In this document: positions 1-7,860 of the stretch, piece by piece
How the letters are laid out: each line of letters starts with the position of its first letter
How positions within the stretch are numbered: position 1 is the stretch's first letter
From: Lachnospiraceae bacterium
Lineage (GTDB): Bacteria > Bacillota > Clostridia > Lachnospirales > Lachnospiraceae
Direction of reading: 5' to 3'
Assembly: GCA_045605685.1 (NCBI GenBank)
Contig: JAZUQL010000085.1
Location: 68,018 to 132,017 of the forward strand
DNA length: 64,000 nt
Translations under genes and position numbers: made by a program
Notes under the pieces: model-generated
What the model was told of the DNA's origin: nothing
The model's database searches: none
The model's input: the letters and a program-made list of their open reading frames with translations, nothing else

Positions 1-832
1 TTTCTTCATCTTTGAGTTTTGAATATCGTTTAAGAATAAGGCTACGACTTCGTTTGTAATATTTGCGAAGATTTGCAGGCATGGTTTTCTGCAGTCGCTT
101 TCGAACTCTTTCAATAGCCCAAGATACTTGCCGGATGAAGTGATACTTATCTATCACAATCGTTGCGTTTGGAAAGTAAATCCGAGCAAGGTCAACGTAT
201 TGTGCCCACATATCACAACTGAAAAATTTCACGCGGTATCGTTCTGCTTTTGGAATACTGTAAAAGTAGTTGGCTAAGTTTGCGCGCTTTCTATCAGGAA
301 GAATATCGAGAACACAATGCTTTACCGGATCAACAAGGATGCACTGATATTTTTCTGAGGCAGCATTCCCCTTGAATTCGTCAATGGAAATGGATTCTCC
401 GAGTTTAGCCCGTCCATATCTAATTGAATCCAGGATTCTTCCGACAGTTGAGGTTGATACGTTTGCTTGTTCTGCAACTGCTTTGAGACTAATAGTTGAA
501 TGAAGAGCTGAAGCAATAAAAGCAGTAAGCCGAGAGGTTCGATGAAAGTATCGTGGAAGAAAGTTGTAGTTTTCAAAGAAACGTTTGCCGCAAGGACACA
601 GATATCTTCGTTTACGAAGGACAAGATAACAGTGTTTCAGTTGAAACGGAAGGTCCTTTATTGTTTGAAAACGATAGTCATGAATTCTCTTAGTCGATAA
701 TCCACAACAAGGGCAAGGGTGTTCTTTTGGTTTCGTTTCAAGGTAAATTTTTACAAAAGTATCAGCATGAACAACTTTTTTTACAATTACATCTTCCAAG
801 TTTAGAAGTTTGTTGGTAAAATGACTATGCAT
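1..832 (-). CDS. ISL3-family transposase, N-terminal ~277 aa (C-terminus runs off the window start)
   Basis: My own minus-strand translation from ATG 832-830 stays open to position 1: MHSHFTNKLLNLEDVIVKKV..HPCPCCG..LCPCGKRFFE..SIDEFKGNA..FSCDMWAQY..VIDKYHFIRQ. It has two CxxC zinc-finger pairs plus the DEFKG, DMW and DKYH motifs typical of ISL3 DDE transposases. AGGAGGT RBS lies at 841-847 (minus). It is absent from the ORF track because it is partial. Confidence 0.85.
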   Translation of the reverse strand, partial: MHSHFTNKLLNLEDVIVKKVVHADTFVKIYLETKPKEHPCPCCGLSTKRIHDYRFQTIKDLPFQLKHCYLVLRKRRYLCPCGKRFFENYNFLPRYFHRTSRLTAFIASALHSTISLKAVAEQANVSTSTVGRILDSIRYGRAKLGESISIDEFKGNAASEKYQCILVDPVKHCVLDILPDRKRANLANYFYSIPKAERYRVKFFSCDMWAQYVDLARIYFPNATIVIDKYHFIRQVSWAIERVRKRLQKTMPANLRKYYKRSRSLILKRYSKLKDEE

Positions 833-940
833 TTCGATGTACCTCCTGGTGGTTTGTTGGCTAGACTGGCACTGGGAGGTTTTTCTTTTACTATAAAACA
901 AAAATGCTGGGGAGGCGAACATTAATTGTTCGTCACCCCA
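1..940 (-). mobile_element. ISL3-family insertion sequence, partial (one terminus inside the window, near 909-940)
   Basis: Transposase as above. The native CpsB-like reading frame resumes at about 941. A hairpin / terminal-repeat-like sequence ggggaggcgaac-attaatt-gttcgtcacccc sits at 909-940. The exact end is uncertain by about 20 bp. Confidence 0.65.
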
Positions 941-1290
941 ACATTTATTTTAGAACCGGATATACTCCGGTGATTGCACATGTGGAACGCTACAGATGCA
1001 TACGGGAAGATATTAATTATGCCGAAGAATTGCAGATGCTTGGAGCATTGATTCAAGTTAATGCGGATGCAATTCTGGGAATTGATGGAAGAAAAACTAA
1101 GAAATTCTGTAAAAAAGCGTTGGAGAATGATGTGGTAGATATTGTGGCAAGCGATAGTCACGGAATCCGCAGGCGTGTATGCCATTTGAAAAAATGCTAT
1201 CATTATATTGAGAAGAAATATGGAACGGCGAGAGCCAAAAGATTACTATCCAAGAATCCGAAATTGATTCTAAAAGAAGAGAAAGAATAA
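904..1290 (+). pseudogene. CpsB/YwqE-type (PHP family) protein-tyrosine phosphatase, C-terminal half only, 5'-truncated by the IS
   Basis: ..GYTPVIAHVERY..QVNA..VASDSHG.. aligns with the second half of CpsB/Cps4B-type phosphatases (~245 aa). The N-terminal HxH metal-binding motifs are missing. The first ~12 codons (MLGRRTLIVRHP) are read from IS-end sequence. Confidence 0.8.
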
Positions 1291-1306
1291 AGGAGTAAAG
1301 CACATC

Positions 1307-2035
1307 ATGTCGAAACAGATTGAAAGAAATGATGAAATTGAAATAGATTTAAAGGAGTTGTTATATGAATTATCGTCACACTGGAAGATGATACTTCTTT
1401 CTACTGTCTTGGTGGCAGCAATTTTATTTTCATATAGTAAGTTTATTGTAACACCAAAATATTCTGCGACGTCTACTTTATATGTATTAACGAAAAGTAC
1501 ATCCATTACAAGTTTGGCAGATTTACAAACCGGTACGAATCTGACACAGGATTATATGGAGGTAGTAGGAAGCCGTCCTGTTTTAGAACAGGTAATCGAC
1601 AATTTGGATCTGGATATGAATTATAAGGAACTTTCGGCAAAATTAGCATTTGAGAATCCGAATAATTCACGTTTGTTAAAAATAACAGCAATGGATGAAG
1701 ATCCGGAAATGGCTAAAAAAATAGTAGATGAGGTTGCAACTGTTTCGGCTGCTTATATTGCAGAGAAAATGATGCAGGATCCTCCAACGATTATCCAATA
1801 TGGTTATGCGGATGGAGACCCGGTAAGCCCGAATATCCAAAAGAATACACTCTTAGGTGCAGGTGTGGGATTCTTTCTGGCAGTCGCAATCATAATTATC
1901 AGCTATCTGTTGAATGATACCATTATGACACCGGAAGATATGGAACGCAAAATAGGATTAAAAGTACTCGCTTCGCTTCCGCTTACGGAAGAGGAACAGG
2001 ATTCCTATAAGGGAAACAAAAAACGTAAAAAATAA
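1307..2035 (+). CDS. Wzz/CpsC-type chain-length determinant, transmembrane modulator of the BY-kinase
   Basis: N-terminal Wzz motif (IDLKELL..., TM, PKYSATSTLYV) and a C-terminal TM helix. Sits directly upstream of the kinase. Confidence 0.85.
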   Translation: MSKQIERNDEIEIDLKELLYELSSHWKMILLSTVLVAAILFSYSKFIVTPKYSATSTLYVLTKSTSITSLADLQTGTNLTQDYMEVVGSRPVLEQVIDNLDLDMNYKELSAKLAFENPNNSRLLKITAMDEDPEMAKKIVDEVATVSAAYIAEKMMQDPPTIIQYGYADGDPVSPNIQKNTLLGAGVGFFLAVAIIIISYLLNDTIMTPEDMERKIGLKVLASLPLTEEEQDSYKGNKKRKK

Positions 2036-2056
2036 CATATAAGAAGGTGAATTAGA

Positions 2057-2776
2057 ATGGAAACAGTTAAATTTAAAGCATTAAGAACGCAATCATATAC
2101 ATTAAAAGAGTCATTACGTGCATTAAAAACCAATATACAATTTTGTGGTGATGACATCAAAACGATTTTATTGACCAGTGCAGTACCGAATGAAGGGAAA
2201 AGTACGGTAGTAATGGATCTTGCACGTTCCATTACGGATTCAAAGAAAAGCGTTTTAATAATAGATGCAGATATACGTAAGTCTGTTTTGGCCGGTCGTT
2301 TGGGAGCACATATAGAAAGCAAAAAAGAATTGGTTGGGTTATCGCACTATTTGTCTGGGCAAAAACAAATAGGAGAAGTGTTATACGCAACAGAAATCCC
2401 AAGATTATATATGATTTTTGCCGGACCAAACGTACCGAATCCAACAGAAATGTTGGATAAACAGTATTTTGATGATTTGTTGGAATTTGCAAAAGATCAG
2501 TTTGATTATATTCTGATTGATTGTCCGCCGATAGGGGCAGCGATTGATGCGGCGGTAATTGCAACAAGATGCGATGGTGCCATTATTGTTGTGGCACAAG
2601 GAGGAGTTAGCAGCAGAATGATTCAGAACGTTAAGAAGCAGTTGGATAATGCCGGAGTTCGCATTCTTGGGGCCGTTTTGAATAAGGTGAAAATGCAGAA
2701 AAACAGATATTATGGTAAGTACTATGGTAATTATTACGGTAGTTATTATGGTCAAGATGAAGGGAAGGATAAATAA
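2057..2776 (+). CDS. CpsD/YwqD-type bacterial tyrosine kinase (BY-kinase)
   Basis: Walker A PNEGKST, Walker A' LIIDADIR, Walker B ILIDCPP. C-terminal tyrosine cluster RYYGKYYGNYYGSYYG. Confidence 0.9.
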   Translation: METVKFKALRTQSYTLKESLRALKTNIQFCGDDIKTILLTSAVPNEGKSTVVMDLARSITDSKKSVLIIDADIRKSVLAGRLGAHIESKKELVGLSHYLSGQKQIGEVLYATEIPRLYMIFAGPNVPNPTEMLDKQYFDDLLEFAKDQFDYILIDCPPIGAAIDAAVIATRCDGAIIVVAQGGVSSRMIQNVKKQLDNAGVRILGAVLNKVKMQKNRYYGKYYGNYYGSYYGQDEGKDK

Positions 2777-3855
2777 TGGCCAAGGATAAAGAAACGAAAA
2801 AAGGCTCAAAACTTATAATTGCATTTATCATTGTATTAATTGTTATTGCAGTTGTAATTGGGCTTGTGGCGTATTTTAAGTCAACACAACGTGACAATAC
2901 AGCGAATGAGAATACACAAGAGACAGAGAGCGAAACACTGGTGAGCGAATCGGAACCGGAGCCGGAACCGGAACCGGAGAAAACGGGTGTTGAGAATATT
3001 GCTATTTTTGGAGTGGATACAAGAGGAAATAATCTGGGAAAAGGTACCCGTTCGGATACAGTTATGATTGTAAGCATCGACCATGATGCGAAGACAGTAA
3101 AAATCGCATCTGTTTTCAGAGATTGTATGGTTCGGATTGAAGGTCACGGATATGAGAAAATAACACACGCACATTCCTATGGCGGACCGGAACTGGCAAT
3201 GCGTACGATAAATGAGAACTTTGACTTACAAATCTCCAATTATGTTACGGTCAATTTTAACAGTGTGGGAGATCTTGTGGACCAGATTGGCGGAATCGAA
3301 CAGGATTTGACGGCAGAGGAAGTTGGAATCATTAATGGTTATATTGATGAAGTTAATAAAGTTAGAAATACCTCTTCTGCTCATATTACGGCAGCAGGTA
3401 CGTATACATTAGACGGTACACAGGCTGTTGCATTTACAAGAATCCGCTATACAGAAGGTGGTGACTATAAACGATCAGAACGTCAAAGAACGATTCTATT
3501 TAAAATCTTTGAAAAAGCAAAGAGTTTGGATACTGCCGATCGTATTTCATTAGCTGAAAATATGCTTTCAGAAATAAACACAAATTATCAGTTAGATGAA
3601 ATTGCAGTATTATTAAAAGGTTTATCTGATTATCAGATTGTTGACATGGCAGCTTATCCACAGGTATTCTACGGAGGAAAAGTAGAAGGTGCTTGGGTAG
3701 AAGTGCCGGTTACATTGAATGATATGGTTATATCCATGCATGGATTTTTATTTGGAAATCCGGCGTATGTTCCGTCTGAAACGGTGAATGGAATTAGTAC
3801 TGTTTTACAAGGAAAAGTAAGTGGCGCAAATAATGATTTAAGGGAGAACCAGTAG
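2776..3855 (+). CDS. LytR-CpsA-Psr (LCP) family glycopolymer-peptidoglycan ligase
   Basis: N-terminal TM, (EP)n linker, then the LCP core IAIFGVDTRG..GTRSDTVMIVSID. TAATG overlap with the upstream kinase gene. Confidence 0.85.
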   Translation: MAKDKETKKGSKLIIAFIIVLIVIAVVIGLVAYFKSTQRDNTANENTQETESETLVSESEPEPEPEPEKTGVENIAIFGVDTRGNNLGKGTRSDTVMIVSIDHDAKTVKIASVFRDCMVRIEGHGYEKITHAHSYGGPELAMRTINENFDLQISNYVTVNFNSVGDLVDQIGGIEQDLTAEEVGIINGYIDEVNKVRNTSSAHITAAGTYTLDGTQAVAFTRIRYTEGGDYKRSERQRTILFKIFEKAKSLDTADRISLAENMLSEINTNYQLDEIAVLLKGLSDYQIVDMAAYPQVFYGGKVEGAWVEVPVTLNDMVISMHGFLFGNPAYVPSETVNGISTVLQGKVSGANNDLRENQ

Positions 3856-3859
3856 TTAA

Positions 3860-5110
3860 ATGCAAAGCAAAATGACATTATCACGATTCTTGGTTATTGC
3901 AGAAATAGTGGTATTGATTCTTGTGTTTGTGCTTGGGGCAATTCATAGCATAGGAAGAAAAGATAATACGACAACCTCTGAGTCGACAGGGGAAGTCCCA
4001 AATAATCAAATCGGAAGTACTGAGAGTGGCACTGCGACTTCATATCATGAGACTGCAGAAACATTCTCCGATGAAGTAGAAGCAAAACTCGATGAAATGA
4101 CAACAGAAGAAATGGTTGCACAATTATTCCTAGTAAAACCGGAAGCGATTGTGGAAGCGGATACGGTTACAATTACCGGAAATGGAATGAGAGATGCATT
4201 AAATCAATATCCGGTTGCAGGTTTGGTTTATTCGGAGAAAAACTTTATGGGAAAAGAACAAACCTCCGAAATGTTGCAAAGAGCAGACGAACTAAGTCAG
4301 GATAGAATCTCGTTGCCACTATTGTTCGCGGTGGAAGAAGAAGGTGGAGAAGTGTATTCTCCGTTGGCGTTAAAGAATGATTATGCAATTCAGCCATTGG
4401 CTTCGGAACACATTCAAATTGAAGGCACAGACAGCGTTGCGAAATCCGCAGAGACAAGAGCGAAATATTTGACAGAGCAGGGATTTAATATGACCTTATC
4501 CCCGATGGCCGATTGTGCAACCGGGTTAAATGCAGAATTAGATGCCCGTACGTTTGGAAATTCTCCGATAGAAGTAGCGGTATATGTGGCTACAGATATC
4601 CGTAATTTACAAAGCAATGGTGTGATTTCTGTTGCAAAGTATTTTCCGGGATATACCAATGCAACTGTGAGTGATTCGCTGAATGTAAAGGTAATAGAGA
4701 AAACATTGCAAGAACTAGAAGAAAATGAATTTATTGTCTACCAGGAGGCAATTAATGCAGGTGTTTCCTGCATCATGGTCGGAAATGTTACAGCGCATGC
4801 GATTACAAAAGATGCCGGAGTATTTTGCACCATGTCAGAACACACAACCATCTATTTGAGAAATACGATGGGATATACAGGAGTTCTGGTAACGGATGAT
4901 TTGGCACATCCGCAGGTAAGCCAGTATTTTACAACGGGAGCTTCTTCCGTGGTAGCGATTAATGCTGGAATGGATATGATTTATCTGTCAGATGGTTTTG
5001 CTGAAGCATATCAATCGGTGTTAAACGCAGTGGAAACAAATCAAATCTCTCAAATACGACTTCGAAATGCGGCAGGTCGCATTTTAACATTAAAAGAATC
5101 TATGAAATAA
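3860..5110 (+). CDS. Membrane-anchored glycoside hydrolase family 3 (NagZ-like) domain protein, divergent active-site motif
   Basis: N-terminal TM. GH3 N-domain pattern (LFLV.P, KYFPGY.., GVLVTDDL). The KHFPGHG..D-S/T-H motif is altered to KYFPGYT..DSL. Confidence 0.65.
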   Translation: MQSKMTLSRFLVIAEIVVLILVFVLGAIHSIGRKDNTTTSESTGEVPNNQIGSTESGTATSYHETAETFSDEVEAKLDEMTTEEMVAQLFLVKPEAIVEADTVTITGNGMRDALNQYPVAGLVYSEKNFMGKEQTSEMLQRADELSQDRISLPLLFAVEEEGGEVYSPLALKNDYAIQPLASEHIQIEGTDSVAKSAETRAKYLTEQGFNMTLSPMADCATGLNAELDARTFGNSPIEVAVYVATDIRNLQSNGVISVAKYFPGYTNATVSDSLNVKVIEKTLQELEENEFIVYQEAINAGVSCIMVGNVTAHAITKDAGVFCTMSEHTTIYLRNTMGYTGVLVTDDLAHPQVSQYFTTGASSVVAINAGMDMIYLSDGFAEAYQSVLNAVETNQISQIRLRNAAGRILTLKESMK

Positions 5111-5123
5111 AGATAAGATAAAA

Positions 5124-5152
5124 ACCCAAAGGACTTGTTCCTTTGGGTTTTG
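5124..5152 (+). terminator. Rho-independent terminator after the GH3 gene
   Basis: cccaaagga-cttgt-tcctttggg stem followed by TTTTG. Confidence 0.75.
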
Positions 5153-5194
5153 TTAATAAAGTACTAGTTATTTATAGAAAGACGAAAGAGCAAG

Positions 5195-7741
5195 GTGATG
5201 TTTCGATACAAAAGGATTGAATATCTAAGAGAGAATATTAAGTATTCTAAGAATACGTTGGCTTCCAGTTATCTGACAACGAATTTGCCGGCAGTAAGGA
5301 ATCAGAATCCGTATGGAAGTTGCTGGGCACATTCAGCTTTGGCATGTATGGAAATTAACATGATGAAGAAAGGTTATGGTACACAAGATTTTTCAGAACT
5401 TCATCTCGTATATTTTGCACACGAAACAGGAAAAGACCCTTTAGGGGGATTGACAGATTATTTAACATATAATGGTTCGGGTAGTGTGTTAGATGCAGGT
5501 GGTAATGACTGGTTTAGTGTAAATGCATTGACAGCATGGAGGGGGGCTGCTGCTGAGAATGTTGCACCATATTCAAATGCCTCTTCGGTTGCAGCAGGAG
5601 GAACACTTTCAGATAGTATTGCATACTCATCATCAGCTCATCTTCAGAATTACTATTATATTAGTGGTCAGGATACATTAGATATTAAGCAGGCAATTGT
5701 AGACTATGGTGCAGTTTCGGTTCCATATTATCATGATGATTGGTATTATAATGATGAAACTTATGCATATTATACAGATTATTATACAAGTTCCAATCAT
5801 GCAGTCACAATTGTAGGATGGAATGATAATTATTCGGCATCTAGCTTCAATTATGCACCGCCAGGTGATGGTGCATGGATTATCCGTAACAGCTGGGGGA
5901 GTAACTGGGGAGACGGTGGATACTTTTATCTTTCCTATTATGATACCTCCATTCAGGATGTTATGGTATATGATGCAGAACCGACCTCAAATTATGATAA
6001 TAACTATCAGTATGACGGTACGATGAACTCTATATCATATGGCACTGGAACACCTGACGATTTTAGGACAGACAAAATAGCAAATATATTCCAGGCACAT
6101 GCCAATAATGGCGGGGCAGAGTCGCTGGAGGCGATTTCTTTTGAGACATTGGGGGTTAACGTAAGTTACCGAGTTGATATTTATAAGAATCTAACCGATT
6201 TAAGTAATCCGGAGAGTGGTACATACTGCACTTCTCAATACGGAACCACATCTTATGAGGGAAGATATACAGTTAAATTAGACAATCCGGTTCGGTTAAA
6301 TGCAGGAGATACCTATTCTGTAATTGTCTATGCAGAGGTAGAATTGGGGCATAGTCCGGACTTAACATTTGAATATGGTCTTAATTCATCCGGATTTTAT
6401 GAAGTAGCAAATGCTGAGGCAAATCAAAGTTTCCGTTGCGTAGATGGTGTGTGGTATGATTATGGTGAGCGACAAGGAGTGAATGCCAGAATTAAAGCAT
6501 TTACCAACAACTGCGAAAGTGATGAACCGGTAGATGATTATACCGGATTAAGACAGGGTGCTGACGGCAACTGGTACTATTATGTAAATGGTGTTATTGA
6601 TTGGAGCTATATCGGATTTGCAACCAATGAGTATGGCGTATGGTATGTAAAGAATGGTGTGGTAGTATTTGCAACCGGCTTGGTACAAATCGGCGAAGAC
6701 TGGTACTATATCCAAGGTGGTTCATATGATAATACATTTACCGACCTGGTATATTGGGATGGAGCATGGTGGTATGTCGCTTCCGGCAAGGTCAACTTTA
6801 CTTACAAAGGTTTTGTAACAGCTTCGGACGGATTGGTATGGCTTGTAAAAGACGGTAAAGTGTATTCCAGCTTCACCGGATTATATCAAAGCGGAACCTC
6901 TTATTGGTATGTATTAAAAGGAAATGTAAAAACAACATACTCAGGATTAGCGAAGATAGGAACAGAATACTGGTACATTAAGAATGGTGCCGCTCAGGTT
7001 ACGTATAGCGGTCTATACAAATCCGGAGAAGATTATTGGTATATCAATAGCGGTAAAGTCAACTTTACTTACAAAGGATTATATAAAAGTGGAAATGATT
7101 ACTGGTATATTACAGACGGCAAGGTTAACTTTACCTACAAAGGATTGTTCAAAACCGGAGGCGATTATTGGTATATCGCAAACGGAAAGATGCAGCAGAC
7201 CTATAAGGGACTTGTAAAAGCCGGCAATGATTACTGGTATGTTTCAGGCGGTAAGGTACAACTATCTTATAAGGGACTTGTAAAAGCCGGAACAGATTAC
7301 TGGTACGTTTCAGGTGGTAAGGTAAATTCAACTTACAAAGGATTATTCAAAATCGGCAATGATTATTGGTACATTGCAAATGGAAAAATGCAGCAGACCT
7401 ATAAGGGACTTGTAAAAGCCGGCAATGATTACTGGTTTGTATCAGAAGGTAAGGTAAACTATTCTTATAAAGGTTTGTTTAAAGCCGGCAATGATTATTG
7501 GTTTATTTCTGATGGTAAGGTAAATTATTCTTATAAAGGCATATACAAAATCGGAACCGATTACTGGTATGTGGCAGAAGGAAAGATGCAACAGAACTAT
7601 CTTGGTCTTGTAAAAGCAGGGGAAGATTATTGGTATGTGGTAGCCGGAAAGGTTCAGATTGACTTTACGGGTACCGTATGTATCGACGGAACATACTATA
7701 AAGTAGTAAAAGGAAAAGTGATTTTAAACGCAGCAAAATAG
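5195..7741 (+). CDS. Papain-like (C1 family) cysteine peptidase with 12 C-terminal 22-aa aromatic repeats; no signal peptide
   Basis: Q..C motif VRNQNPYGSCWAHS, His SNHAVTIVGW, Asn IIRNSWGSNWGDGGYFY. C-terminal GLxKxGxDYWYxxxGK repeats resemble cell-wall/choline-binding-type repeats. The in-frame stop at 5165-5167 prevents any N-terminal extension. Confidence 0.85.
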   Translation: MMFRYKRIEYLRENIKYSKNTLASSYLTTNLPAVRNQNPYGSCWAHSALACMEINMMKKGYGTQDFSELHLVYFAHETGKDPLGGLTDYLTYNGSGSVLDAGGNDWFSVNALTAWRGAAAENVAPYSNASSVAAGGTLSDSIAYSSSAHLQNYYYISGQDTLDIKQAIVDYGAVSVPYYHDDWYYNDETYAYYTDYYTSSNHAVTIVGWNDNYSASSFNYAPPGDGAWIIRNSWGSNWGDGGYFYLSYYDTSIQDVMVYDAEPTSNYDNNYQYDGTMNSISYGTGTPDDFRTDKIANIFQAHANNGGAESLEAISFETLGVNVSYRVDIYKNLTDLSNPESGTYCTSQYGTTSYEGRYTVKLDNPVRLNAGDTYSVIVYAEVELGHSPDLTFEYGLNSSGFYEVANAEANQSFRCVDGVWYDYGERQGVNARIKAFTNNCESDEPVDDYTGLRQGADGNWYYYVNGVIDWSYIGFATNEYGVWYVKNGVVVFATGLVQIGEDWYYIQGGSYDNTFTDLVYWDGAWWYVASGKVNFTYKGFVTASDGLVWLVKDGKVYSSFTGLYQSGTSYWYVLKGNVKTTYSGLAKIGTEYWYIKNGAAQVTYSGLYKSGEDYWYINSGKVNFTYKGLYKSGNDYWYITDGKVNFTYKGLFKTGGDYWYIANGKMQQTYKGLVKAGNDYWYVSGGKVQLSYKGLVKAGTDYWYVSGGKVNSTYKGLFKIGNDYWYIANGKMQQTYKGLVKAGNDYWFVSEGKVNYSYKGLFKAGNDYWFISDGKVNYSYKGIYKIGTDYWYVAEGKMQQNYLGLVKAGEDYWYVVAGKVQIDFTGTVCIDGTYYKVVKGKVILNAAK
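6878..7669 (+). repeat. 12 tandem 66-bp (22-aa) coding repeats
   Basis: Units GL(Y/F/V)K(S/A/I)G.DYW(Y/F)....GK....Y(K/S) were counted by hand. An exact 49-bp duplicate lies at 7190-7238 and 7388-7436, an offset of 198 bp = 3 units. Confidence 0.9.
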
Positions 7742-7744
7742 AGA

Positions 7745-7778
7745 AATAGTAGGGTCGAAAGATCCTACTATTTTTTTG
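7745..7778 (+). terminator. Rho-independent terminator
   Basis: aatagtagggtc-gaaa-gatcctactatt stem followed by T7. Confidence 0.8.
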
Positions 7779-7787
7779 ATTTACCTA

Positions 7788-7816
7788 TTGTAAAAAATAA
7801 TGAAAAATCATATAAT
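7788..7816 (+). promoter_or_regulatory. Sigma-A-type promoter for the second C1 peptidase gene
   Basis: TTGTAA, 17-nt spacer, TATAAT. GGAGGGGG RBS precedes ATG 7861. Confidence 0.6.
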
Positions 7817-7860
7817 ATAGAAACATAATATATGCAAAACATACAAGGAGGGGGAAGCAG

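Noticed and set aside
322-624. 100-aa minus-strand ORF from the ORF track
   Set aside because: It is out of frame with, and entirely inside, the much longer ISL3 transposase reading frame, which I translated by hand from 832 down to 1 with no stops and clear family motifs.
2405-3174. Several 97-148-aa minus-strand ORFs antisense to the BY-kinase and LCP genes
   Set aside because: They have low-complexity, motif-free translations lying opposite well-supported genes. These are typical shadow ORFs in AT-rich DNA.
6878-7669. Regular 66-bp periodicity checked as a possible CRISPR array
   Set aside because: There are no unique spacers. The units are contiguous, in frame and encode a protein repeat inside a long ORF. 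No cas genes are present in the window.
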